DNA of 56,522 nt from the IMG/VR virus record IMGVR_UViG_3300032286_000468, positions 1 through 56,522 of that record; one strand, 5' to 3'. Every line of letters begins with the position of its first letter. The stretch's first letter is position 1. This document shows, one piece after another, positions 37,501 through 44,348 of the stretch. A model generated the notes under the pieces. It worked only from the letters and a program-made list of their open reading frames with translations, was not told the origin of the DNA and did not search any database. Source of the stretch: a virus (Duplodnaviria; Caudoviricetes). The position numbers were made by a program, and so were the translations under genes.

Positions 37501-38390
37501 TCGGTTGTTACGGATGCGACTGTTGAACTTGAAGTTAAACTTGAAATTCTTATATCGCCAGAAGTTAGATCTCCAACAATTTTAAATTCTGGACTATTTG
37601 GCTCAAAATCATTAGATGTTGGGTAATCAATAATTTCTCTATTTCCAGTGTCATCACCATAAGCATTCATTAACTTATAGTAATACATCTGAAGGTCAGA
37701 TGTTCCAGTTAAAGTTTTTAAATTTACACCATCTGCATACTCAAATACTGTCAGTTTGTTGTGCGAATAAGTTGGTGATGCCTGCTCTGCATAATTGTAA
37801 TTATAATATACTACTCTATCTGCATCAAAAACACTAAACTGCCAGAAATAACAACCACCAGTAACTCTAAAAATAGCAGATCTTTCTACTGAATTATTTT
37901 CTGGATCGGGAACATATAATGGTTTTACTTTCGTCTTTCTTAAATCTAAACCAACAATAGAAGTTCCTTTTGGGATTATTACACCACCTTCTACCGAATT
38001 GAATTTATAAAGAATATTACTTGAATTGAAAATATCAAAATTTGAAGAATTAGTTAGTTCAATATCTGGTGATGAAACCACTGTTTGATTTACATCATAG
38101 TATTGTGCAGTTCCAACATTAGACTTTACATAGTATCCAGGTCTATTATCAATATAGTGGGTTCCTGGATATAAAAGAATGGTTGTTTTGTCAAATCTGT
38201 CATTATTTGAACCACTCTGATAAGAAAATCTAGCAGCCTCTATTAGTGCCCTTTGAATGGTTACAAATGGACGAGTAAGTGAATTTCCTTTATTATCAAA
38301 ACTATCTGTAGCATCTAAATCGGATGGGTTGACATATAAGATATTACCATCAGTATTTACGAGAAAATTTTCTAACCTAGATAGAGGCAT
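31521..38390 (-). CDS. Very large virion structural protein with N- and C-terminal pectin-lyase-like beta-helix regions (2289 aa)
   Basis: MPLSRLENFL...ILYVNP...PFVTIQRALIEAARFSY...PGTH...GTSIVGLDLRKT; C-terminal DNTAGLSSAI...LPSGTYL...LKGNGKNTVIK...DLTIDGNS pectate-lyase-3-like region. Confidence 0.7.
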   Translation of the reverse strand: MPLSRLENFLVNTDGNILYVNPSDLDATDSFDNKGNSLTRPFVTIQRALIEAARFSYQSGSNNDRFDKTTILLYPGTHYIDNRPGYYVKSNVGTAQYYDVNQTVVSSPDIELTNSSNFDIFNSSNILYKFNSVEGGVIIPKGTSIVGLDLRKTKVKPLYVPDPENNSVERSAIFRVTGGCYFWQFSVFDADRVVYYNYNYAEQASPTYSHNKLTVFEYADGVNLKTLTGTSDLQMYYYKLMNAYGDDTGNREIIDYPTSNDFEPNSPEFKIVGDLTSGDIRISSLTSSSTVASVTTELSHGLSVDDSIRIAGVGSALYNGSFKVVGVTSERNFTYQLPSAAIDTVITISSNEKVIIEPDNVDGASPYIFNCSLRSSFGMCGLHADGSKATGFKSMVVAQFTGIGLQKDANAFVIYNESTGLYDTNSTTSLDKRPLYINQEAIYKPAYENYHIKASNDAFIQDVSVFAIGFAQHFLAEDGADQSITNSNSNFGSKSLISKGFRKESFDRDDTGYVTHIVPPKDLQEDSFNALWKLLDVGLTTSYTGVGQTSRLYLLGETDINNPPSNITNGYRVGSNIDEKLYITVNVNGVDSTYSSPILMQVPTGQGPVAQKTFTVTQTLGVNNISSNILTLNASHNFYNGESVRVFSDNAIVPDGLENGALYYVVTNTPNTIKLAKTINNANDNIPVNIKNTNGGILSIVSRVSDKLSGDPGHPIQFDSTNKNWYIIGSGTTTTNQIYQGFKNNPTTIAANNSSTFIQRKSENRDLTDRIYKLRYVIPKEYTDAKIPTQNYVLQESKTVKEDSTIATINSNRNSHVIAGISTVGSTVTVTSERPHRLSVSDRVRIRKVVSSTNSTATDNAGFNGYFVVTSVPSPKTFTFTNTYNGGTFVNNVSTRGDNLPVFSRNEYDTTYTIENVETVQEYSSGLQDGIYYLTCLIGNISPTAPEFSSQKFKQNITDLYPVVDKDNLVTDPLQSLTGASNKLIGKVIVNNPQNSITKESIINYLKDNRVGLAVTNAISISSGLSTVFTSTDHNLNTITGLSILLPGSGYGAGISSTLYNVPLVGVGITGNGATANVTVSAAGTITAVSIVDGGSAYGVGNTMSIGSGGGSVTVSSINNNIGDVIQIIGVGTTENRNNGGYNGLYKISAINSSKSITYNVGTNPGIYTTSNGILYVVDKSLPISTIAGVSNATTAGIVTITTSRAHGLSVGNKIKVTGVTGTASTIFNSDFFVKEKVSLTEFTILAPVGVGTAAGSAEVYKYGITSYGEDTSLQSEKISGSLISMNLGYTTTTSASITITSTTLDFALTTGLEKGNFIQIDNEILRITSVNNSTQVSVFRGVLGTKSAPHDSGSVVRKISVIPSETRRFTSIRASGHTFEYLGYGPGNYSTAFPQRQKRSITDEEERLAISKEEKGGVVFFSGMNDRGDFFTGDRLTAKETFIGETPSDSTATYDDVYIRNTLRVGGGSNRLLPSEFRGPVNFTNKITSTASQGIEALKIQLKGNSIQDPSFQIGPDSNPSLIVNELSQYVGIKTAIPNFELDVNGKIRANGFENFQLSDLPTTGEGTFAANRVLKVKDDASGYELIDYDDLLKYKLRNFKISNDGTVYAGVGSTVSNTIQISGISTSKFYVGEKVKVFGVNAFSDSTTVAAPVVGSISAVKVGISTIISTYRYWVAQYHLRNGKVGVSSQISPFAGIGMTAIANFNDTDNISLTLARSDTNHGLLVYRQIGVSTNINDAKLIGILGPKELGSNTSGITWIDYGTFDQTEWSTKGTVNEYDSDQIHFPNIATTGQRRGWALDTIVSIGTSSIRLSGQYTRNYDNQVKVVHDNTAGLSSAIDQAVADKQYSLELPSGTYLTNKLIIPSGFTLKGNGKNTVIKTQYFATDETDGAGNSLSLDGNVLGIGTNVTSSDISIYDLTIDGNSGNNILFDGELDNYIMYFDNITSSVFKDIEIRNSPGHGLYLYNSSRVSVDNCSFVDGSISDRYSFTPLHTQESDTLRVNDCLFENYPGPVDLSVSSVVATGGNIIRNCGTGLRTYASSKITTTNNLILGPADEYISSPDIYDSDFNSINLTIDRGVTFNSPVLQYLENGSPKDLSSAKVTIVSAGVGTVVGQGTTNETLGTRFLNFNITTPNSGEYGRANGYIQLSLTSTQTATLGLSSALGYNIIAQEYITVPTGFTTYIGIGTGTFNTIGAGSTQYTITLSDPNQFSGISTGDVIKLVNHSVSPDLSSYELTIAEKINAGASTKRLRLTGFTTTSVSNGSQTGYITIRNTFTIAKGRVGVI

Positions 38391-38412
38391 TTTATCCGCA
38401 CAATAATTTCTT

Positions 38413-38429
38413 CTGTCTTATTTAGACAG
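38413..38429 (-). promoter_or_regulatory. Late promoter CTAAATA (38419-38425) at the centre of a 6-bp inverted repeat
   Basis: Minus strand reads CTGTCT-AAATA-AGACAG, about 25 bp upstream of the ATG at 38390. Confidence 0.6.
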
Positions 38430-38457
38430 TTAACCGACTTAGTAAAAAATTAATTGT

Positions 38458-38622
38458 TTAGGAAAGTTCGCCACGAAGTTCGGCAAGTTTTGCTTCTGCA
38501 AGACACTGAACACAAGTCCAATATGTTTCTCCACTAACTGGAAAATTTTCATCCGTAAAATGTGATGCCATGTCTTCTTGCATCTCACGAAGGTCTGTAA
38601 GAGTATCTCTGTCAATAATCAT
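38458..38622 (-). CDS. Small acidic hypothetical protein (54 aa)
   Basis: Not in the ORF track: MIIDRDTLTDLREMQEDMASHFTDENFPVSGETYWTCVQCLAEAKLAELRGELS*. Has a consensus promoter upstream and resembles a small protein I recall from cyanomyoviruses. Confidence 0.75.
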   Translation of the reverse strand: MIIDRDTLTDLREMQEDMASHFTDENFPVSGETYWTCVQCLAEAKLAELRGELS

Positions 38623-38650
38623 ATGAGTGCGGGTTGCCTAGGTCCCCATT

Positions 38651-38679
38651 ATTCTAGCATAAATCCACTAAAAAGTCAA
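38651..38679 (-). promoter_or_regulatory. Sigma70-like early promoter TTGACT-N17-TAGAAT with extended -10 TG
   Basis: -35 at 38679-38674, TGc-TAGAAT ending at 38651; intergenic. Confidence 0.75.
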
Positions 38680-38697
38680 GGCGCTTGTGCCGCTTTT

Positions 38698-40392
38698 TTA
38701 AGTGGTCACGACTCCAACCTTGGACGACACCAATTTTCCGGATGCTTCATCAAAATAATATGTTGGTGGTTCAAATGGAGTATAATCTGTAGATTTTAAT
38801 ATTGAAATATTTTGTTTGAGTTTATTTACTTCAACATCTGCATAAACTCTTCCTTGTAGCATTGCGAAAGCACGAGTTTCCATTGTATTTCTCATTTCCC
38901 TTAAAGGATTAGAGGCATTAATTAAATAATCAATCTTTGATAAATTTCTTGTAAGGATTGTATCTCTACTTGCTTCTGCAGCAGTAATTGCAACATCAAG
39001 TGGATTGCAAACACCAGCACTTGGATTTATTGAAGACACACTTGCGTATCCTATTGTATAAAGAGATGTATTGCCTGATCCTACAACAATTGTAGTTCCT
39101 TCATTTGCATATGCACTAGTTGAGCTAATAAAACCACCACCACCACTATATGAATTAGTATATACAACAGGCCATAGATTGTTTCCTGGATAATATCTAG
39201 CATAACTTGCCCCACAAGCAGGTTCTGGATATGTAGTTCTCAAATACCTTTCAGTATCATTTAATTGAGCATCAGTTTTACTTGCAAACTCCGAAGTCAT
39301 AACTTCTTGCCATTGGAATGGCCCAATTGGACTTCCGTTATTAATTCTCACTAATTTGTGTCCCAATCCCAATACATTAGAATTCAAAATTCCAACAGTT
39401 ACTGGGTCTATGGGATTATTGGAATAATCAAATGTAGTGGAATCAGTTTGTGTAGTTCTTATATTTGTAAAATTAACATTTGTGGCATTAGTTTGTGCGG
39501 ATTTATCTAAAACTAATGTTGGATAAGTGACTAACGGACCTACTTTGAACGTGCCAGTTCCAGTGCCAACAGCAGAAATACTTATAATTAAACTATTTGT
39601 AGTTGCACTGGTAGTTATAAATGCCCCAGTGCTAGGATTCCAAACATTATTGACCACAATTGTAGTGGTTCCAAATCCAACTACTTTTGTTCCTGTGGTT
39701 AAAATTCCAGATAAAGTGATTGAATCTCCAATATTAATTCCAATTGTAGTTCCAACTCCAACATTTGCAATAATAGTAGAACCCGAACTGACATATCCGC
39801 CAAAGTCAGTGGTGACTCCCGCAATACTCGTAGTCCCAAATCCAACAATTTTTGGTAGATTGACAGAAGAAAATACAACAGGATTGTCAATATTGTCTAC
39901 AATGTTATCACCAACTAATAGATTTTGTGTCCCAATAATTCCAAAAACTGCTAATGTTGTAGAACCAGAACCTATTGTTCCTGTAAACTCCCGAACAATA
40001 TTTGATCCATAATCTTGATTCTGTGGTCTTCTATAATATTTTGCACCATAAAATCCTTCATCTATTCTTACACTTGGATTTTTTTTGCAAGTATAAGTAG
40101 TTTCTGCTATTGATAAATTTCCAATATAAGATTTCGTCGATGTTAATTCCCAATATAAATCACTTTTACAACCAGCAGATATTCTAGCATCATAAGCACT
40201 TTTTACTCCTGCAATTGCATCATTAATTTCAGCAACAAGTGGAATAATCTGTTTATCTATATTACTAATAATGGCATCATAACGATCAATTCTAACGTCC
40301 ATTAATGTTAGTTGATCTTTAAGCATTTGCACTTCTGCAATCTTATAATTTAATTCCTCTTGTTGTTCGGCAATAAAATTAGTTGAAATCAT
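38698..40392 (-). CDS. Hypothetical virion protein (564 aa) with helical ends and a beta-rich centre
   Basis: Downstream of the gp5 cluster with a late promoter; two GDxI...KxVGFGTT modules. Confidence 0.6.
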   Translation of the reverse strand: MISTNFIAEQQEELNYKIAEVQMLKDQLTLMDVRIDRYDAIISNIDKQIIPLVAEINDAIAGVKSAYDARISAGCKSDLYWELTSTKSYIGNLSIAETTYTCKKNPSVRIDEGFYGAKYYRRPQNQDYGSNIVREFTGTIGSGSTTLAVFGIIGTQNLLVGDNIVDNIDNPVVFSSVNLPKIVGFGTTSIAGVTTDFGGYVSSGSTIIANVGVGTTIGINIGDSITLSGILTTGTKVVGFGTTTIVVNNVWNPSTGAFITTSATTNSLIISISAVGTGTGTFKVGPLVTYPTLVLDKSAQTNATNVNFTNIRTTQTDSTTFDYSNNPIDPVTVGILNSNVLGLGHKLVRINNGSPIGPFQWQEVMTSEFASKTDAQLNDTERYLRTTYPEPACGASYARYYPGNNLWPVVYTNSYSGGGGFISSTSAYANEGTTIVVGSGNTSLYTIGYASVSSINPSAGVCNPLDVAITAAEASRDTILTRNLSKIDYLINASNPLREMRNTMETRAFAMLQGRVYADVEVNKLKQNISILKSTDYTPFEPPTYYFDEASGKLVSSKVGVVTT

Positions 40393-40429
40393 AATTTAAT
40401 TAATTTATAATCATTCTTTGTCTTGGAAC

Positions 40430-40437
40430 TATTTATT
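40430..40437 (-). promoter_or_regulatory. Late promoter AATAAATA overlapping the stop codon of the 286-aa gene
   Basis: About 38 bp upstream of the ATG at 40392. Confidence 0.55.
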
Positions 40438-41293
40438 GGACTATGGCCGATTGTGTGTATTGACTATTATCGCCTGGATAATCATTATAAGTTCCTTCAT
40501 ACTCTGGAATATTTTTATCTGTATCTACCCTTTCTCCATAAACAGTATAATAGCAATTTATAGTAGATCCAGAATTCGTTTTAATTATTATTTTAGTTCC
40601 CCATTCAATCTTATCAACATACAATTCTTGATGCGATCCAATTGGCGTTAAGGTAACCGTAATTGTTTCTGGGTCTACTAACTTTCTCCAATATTCTGGT
40701 AATTCAATTGTGTTTGAACCTTTTAATTTTCCTCGTACATATACGTCTGCCGTTGGACCTTCAATACAAACGTGTCTCAGCCTCCATCCATCTTTCGTTG
40801 GATGTGGAATATCAAAGTCTTTTTTCCCAGGACATCCTGCAATACTACCAAAAAATTGTGTAGCTTTGGATAAAGGAGCAGACAAAAATGCTTGATTTAT
40901 ATTATATCCATAAGTTAAATTTGTAGCTACTTGTACTTTTGCTCCAGCATCCGCATTAAATGCGGTTGCAAATTTTGCACCAACTCTACTAGTAAATCCA
41001 AATACATTTGAAAATGCAAAAATATTATCTATCCCAAAAACATTTAAATTTCCAAAAATATTTGTAATTCCATCAACTTCAAGTGATGCTGGAATACTTA
41101 ATCCAGGAAGAGGCGGTCCAATCGTACAAGTTGCCCTATCCAATCCAATAGATCCAGTAAGTGCTCCCATATAAACTGGTCCATTTATGACAGCAGTTCC
41201 TGGAACAAATTTTGAAGCTAAAGTCAAAAATGATGAATCAATTTGACCTACTACAAGTTTTTCACCAACATTCGCAATAGTTAAATCTGCCAT
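40433..41293 (-). CDS. gp5-associated spike/tail protein with C-terminal FDIPHP...EGP domain (286 aa)
   Basis: Beta-helix-like Gly/Phe repeats followed by KDFDIPHPTKDGWRLRHVCIEGPTADVYVRG...IELPEYW, a domain seen at phage tail protein C-termini. Confidence 0.55.
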   Translation of the reverse strand: MADLTIANVGEKLVVGQIDSSFLTLASKFVPGTAVINGPVYMGALTGSIGLDRATCTIGPPLPGLSIPASLEVDGITNIFGNLNVFGIDNIFAFSNVFGFTSRVGAKFATAFNADAGAKVQVATNLTYGYNINQAFLSAPLSKATQFFGSIAGCPGKKDFDIPHPTKDGWRLRHVCIEGPTADVYVRGKLKGSNTIELPEYWRKLVDPETITVTLTPIGSHQELYVDKIEWGTKIIIKTNSGSTINCYYTVYGERVDTDKNIPEYEGTYNDYPGDNSQYTQSAIVQ

Positions 41294-41298
41294 AATTA

Positions 41299-41880
41299 TT
41301 ATCCTTTTGGTTTATCTTCACAAATAGAGCTAAAGAATTTTTTGAAATCTTCTAGTGCTTTTAGTATTTTGCCCATCACAGAAGAACTATCGGCATCTGT
41401 GCCGCAATCAACTGTTGTCTGCGCTCCTCCTACAAGAGATGCCGCAGCTGCCCCAGCAACTTGAACTTTACTAGAAGCAGCTAAAGTAATATTTGTTCCT
41501 TGTATTCCTGCGGTAGGAGCATCAATATTACAAATTTTTGATGCTTGTAATGTAATTTCTCCTTCTGTACCATCAACACCAACAAGACGAATGTTTTTTG
41601 CTTCTAAAAATATAGTTCCATTAGACGCTTTAATATGAATATCTCCATTTACTGCCTCAATAATTCTCGCGTGACCCGACTTAACATTAAATCCAGATAC
41701 TTCCTTTAATGTTCCATTAATAGCAAAATCACAATTGCCATTTTTGTACATATTAATTCCTTGTTTAGTTGGTGTTGATAAACACAACTCTACATCACCG
41801 TTTGCAAAACTTTTTGTTCCGCATTCAAACCTATACCAATCATTTTGAATTATTTGTTGATTTTCGTTACAATTACTCAT
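41299..41880 (-). CDS. gp5 C-terminal-like beta-helix spike protein (~193 aa)
   Basis: NGDIHIKASNGTIFLEAKNIRL...ITLQASK spike-like repeats. The ATG at 41880 overlaps the gp5 stop as ATGA; the ORF track start at 41886 is an alternative. Confidence 0.55.
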   Translation of the reverse strand: MSNCNENQQIIQNDWYRFECGTKSFANGDVELCLSTPTKQGINMYKNGNCDFAINGTLKEVSGFNVKSGHARIIEAVNGDIHIKASNGTIFLEAKNIRLVGVDGTEGEITLQASKICNIDAPTAGIQGTNITLAASSKVQVAGAAAASLVGGAQTTVDCGTDADSSSVMGKILKALEDFKKFFSSICEDKPKG

Positions 41881-44141
41881 ATACAATCCACCACTGATGT
41901 TACAATTCCAGTAATTGCTGATGTTGTTTGGTTAATCTTACTATATGTTGGAGTAAATTTCATAAGTGGTACAAGATCAGCAGCAACTCCTGTTCTGGTA
42001 TTTATAGTTAATGTTGGTGTAGCATCAAATCCACAAATTGGATTCGTTATTGGTTGAATACCAATAATAGCACCAGAACCAGGAGTAACTATTGGGGTAT
42101 AAGTATTCTTACCATCAGTGATTGTGTCGCCAGTCGTATAACCATATCCAGGAGCAATTACAATTATATTTTGGACACAACCAGAAACTTTTCCAGTATT
42201 TGGAATATTGGTAGTGTCAATTCCAGTTCCTCCGGTAGTGCCAATTCCTGTTCCTATATTTGTATAATTTCCTTGTGCGTAACCAGAACCAGAATCGGTC
42301 ACATATATGGTTTCAATAGAACCAGTATCCTGATTGATTGTGCTTTTTGCTTGTGCGCCAGAACCACAACCACTATTATCAACAATCGTAATTATTGGTG
42401 GACTTGTATAACCAAATCCATTATTGATAATTTCTACCGAAAATACCGATCCAGTGGAATCTACAATTGGAATGGCACTTGCGCCCAAACCATCTCCAAA
42501 AATTGTAACAATTGGTGGAATGCAAGTAGAATACTTTGATCCTATTGGTAACGGAATAATATCATTTTGACCTGTTGGATTTTGAACTGTTTTGTTGCAT
42601 TTATCAAAAATATCATTAAATCTTCCATTAATTCCAGCATAAAGTGGAGTTACTGCAAGTGCATCTTCTATTGAACCCAAGTCTTTACTTATACCTTTAA
42701 ATACATTCACACTACCAACCATTTTTTCCCAATCATCTGCCTCTTTTTCACTCGGACCAAATTTAGAAGCCCAAACGTGTGGTGTTTTACAAGCAAGGCC
42801 AGTACAATCAAGAAAACTAAAAATTTCGGATGCTAATGAACTTGCAGTATTCAAAATTCCAGAAACAGTTGAAAGTCCACCGGTCAGCCAACCAATTCCA
42901 GACATAATAGTGGAAAGTGAATTATCAATACTGTCCATTACTTTTGCTAAAATTCCAGCAGTCCATTGCTCTATTGCACACACTGGGGCATTGATAGTAT
43001 TTGCTGCTAAATCGCCAAGCAATCCTTCAATATAATCAATAATTCCAGCAGGTAGTTTTTCTAGAATACAAAAAATTATATCCAAATATTTTTTCAATTG
43101 CTCCATAATAAATTTTACTTCTGGTGGGGATTTAAACAAACCTACAAGTTTCCTGAATGCCCAAGAAATACATTTAAAAATTGTATTTCTCAAATTATTA
43201 ATAATTAATTTTATAATTCCGCCAATTTGTCTTGCACAGTTTTTAATTGAATTCCCAATATCTACAATTTCATTTAATACTGGGTCAATATAAGTATGCA
43301 AATACTTATCCAATCCATTTGTAAATGCAATAAAATCTTGAAGTCCTTGCGTGATTTGACTGATTAAATTATTTTGGCAACCATTTGAAATAATATAAGT
43401 TCTATCACATTTTTTTTCTATACCATAAGTTGATTGTGCTTGGCAAACTAATCTATCTCCAAATAAATTTAAATTGGGGTCAAATGCGTTAAAGTTTGAT
43501 GTAAATCCAAATCCAGTTATATTATTATAAGAAATATCTACATTTGTAATTCCAACACCTACGCCCAAATCAAGTTTTGCTCCTTCAGCAAAAGAAAGAG
43601 GTATTGGTGAAGTTTCTGCTGATTGTTCGTTTCTTTGCTCCGTAGTTGCAGTTTGATCTATTGTTTTATTTTGTCTTGCTTCTAATTGCGTTGCTTTGAT
43701 TTTATTTCCAGGATGACCAGTAAATGGTTTAAATCCTGAACTCATATCTGCTTTTACATTCTGCTCACTAATTAAATTCTTAACTCCATCACTTCTATGA
43801 AGTAGACCAAAAACTACTGGTTGTTGTGCGTCATCGCCATCCAGAAAAAACCCAAAACAAGTTTCTCCACCTTTTAGATCTAATGTTTTTCCTGTTCCGC
43901 CTTGACCACTACCAAAGGCAGGATCTATCATTACCTGTGCCCAAGGCAAATCTTCATCACTTAAAACTGATCCAGAAAAGGGATGATATCCAATAATTCT
44001 TACTTTGCAGCGATAATTCCAATCACCATTAAAATAATCTGCTGCCTTTTTCCAATACTTTGAATGAGCAACTTGACCAATCCACCAATTAAATCCATCT
44101 TTACCGATATAATTGGATTTTAATAAAGACTCTTCAATCAT
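41877..44141 (-). CDS. gp5: Baseplate hub subunit gp5 (OB-fold N-terminus; no T4 lysozyme domain evident)
   Basis: GKDGFNWWIGQV...YRCKVRIIGYHP...DLPWAQV...GETCFGFFLDGDDAQQPVVFG. Confidence 0.85.
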   Translation of the reverse strand: MIEESLLKSNYIGKDGFNWWIGQVAHSKYWKKAADYFNGDWNYRCKVRIIGYHPFSGSVLSDEDLPWAQVMIDPAFGSGQGGTGKTLDLKGGETCFGFFLDGDDAQQPVVFGLLHRSDGVKNLISEQNVKADMSSGFKPFTGHPGNKIKATQLEARQNKTIDQTATTEQRNEQSAETSPIPLSFAEGAKLDLGVGVGITNVDISYNNITGFGFTSNFNAFDPNLNLFGDRLVCQAQSTYGIEKKCDRTYIISNGCQNNLISQITQGLQDFIAFTNGLDKYLHTYIDPVLNEIVDIGNSIKNCARQIGGIIKLIINNLRNTIFKCISWAFRKLVGLFKSPPEVKFIMEQLKKYLDIIFCILEKLPAGIIDYIEGLLGDLAANTINAPVCAIEQWTAGILAKVMDSIDNSLSTIMSGIGWLTGGLSTVSGILNTASSLASEIFSFLDCTGLACKTPHVWASKFGPSEKEADDWEKMVGSVNVFKGISKDLGSIEDALAVTPLYAGINGRFNDIFDKCNKTVQNPTGQNDIIPLPIGSKYSTCIPPIVTIFGDGLGASAIPIVDSTGSVFSVEIINNGFGYTSPPIITIVDNSGCGSGAQAKSTINQDTGSIETIYVTDSGSGYAQGNYTNIGTGIGTTGGTGIDTTNIPNTGKVSGCVQNIIVIAPGYGYTTGDTITDGKNTYTPIVTPGSGAIIGIQPITNPICGFDATPTLTINTRTGVAADLVPLMKFTPTYSKINQTTSAITGIVTSVVDCI

Positions 44142-44343
44142 CGTAAATTCTACACTCCTGGGATTCTGGGTTTAAATCGCAAAATAGTTGTAATGAAGTT
44201 GGAACTCCAGTATGATATGGATTATTTTTTTGATACTCTAAAATTTCTTTTAAGTAACTTTGCAAATATCTTCTTCTTTGACTATTTAATGAAGAATTTT
44301 CTAATTCTTCGCATATATCATTAACTAATTCTTGTAATTCCAT
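44134..44343 (-). CDS. cp12: Phage-type CP12 (Calvin cycle inhibitor, auxiliary metabolic gene)
   Basis: C-terminal PTSLQLFCDLNPESQECRIYDD carries the C-x8-C pair and YDD end; the SQRRRYL motif matches cyanophage CP12; located next to gp5. Confidence 0.8.
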   Translation of the reverse strand: MELQELVNDICEELENSSLNSQRRRYLQSYLKEILEYQKNNPYHTGVPTSLQLFCDLNPESQECRIYDD

Positions 44344-44348
44344 TTTCT

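Noticed and set aside
38578-38799. Plus-strand 73-aa ORF in the track
   Set aside because: It overlaps two better-supported minus-strand genes and a consensus minus-strand promoter.
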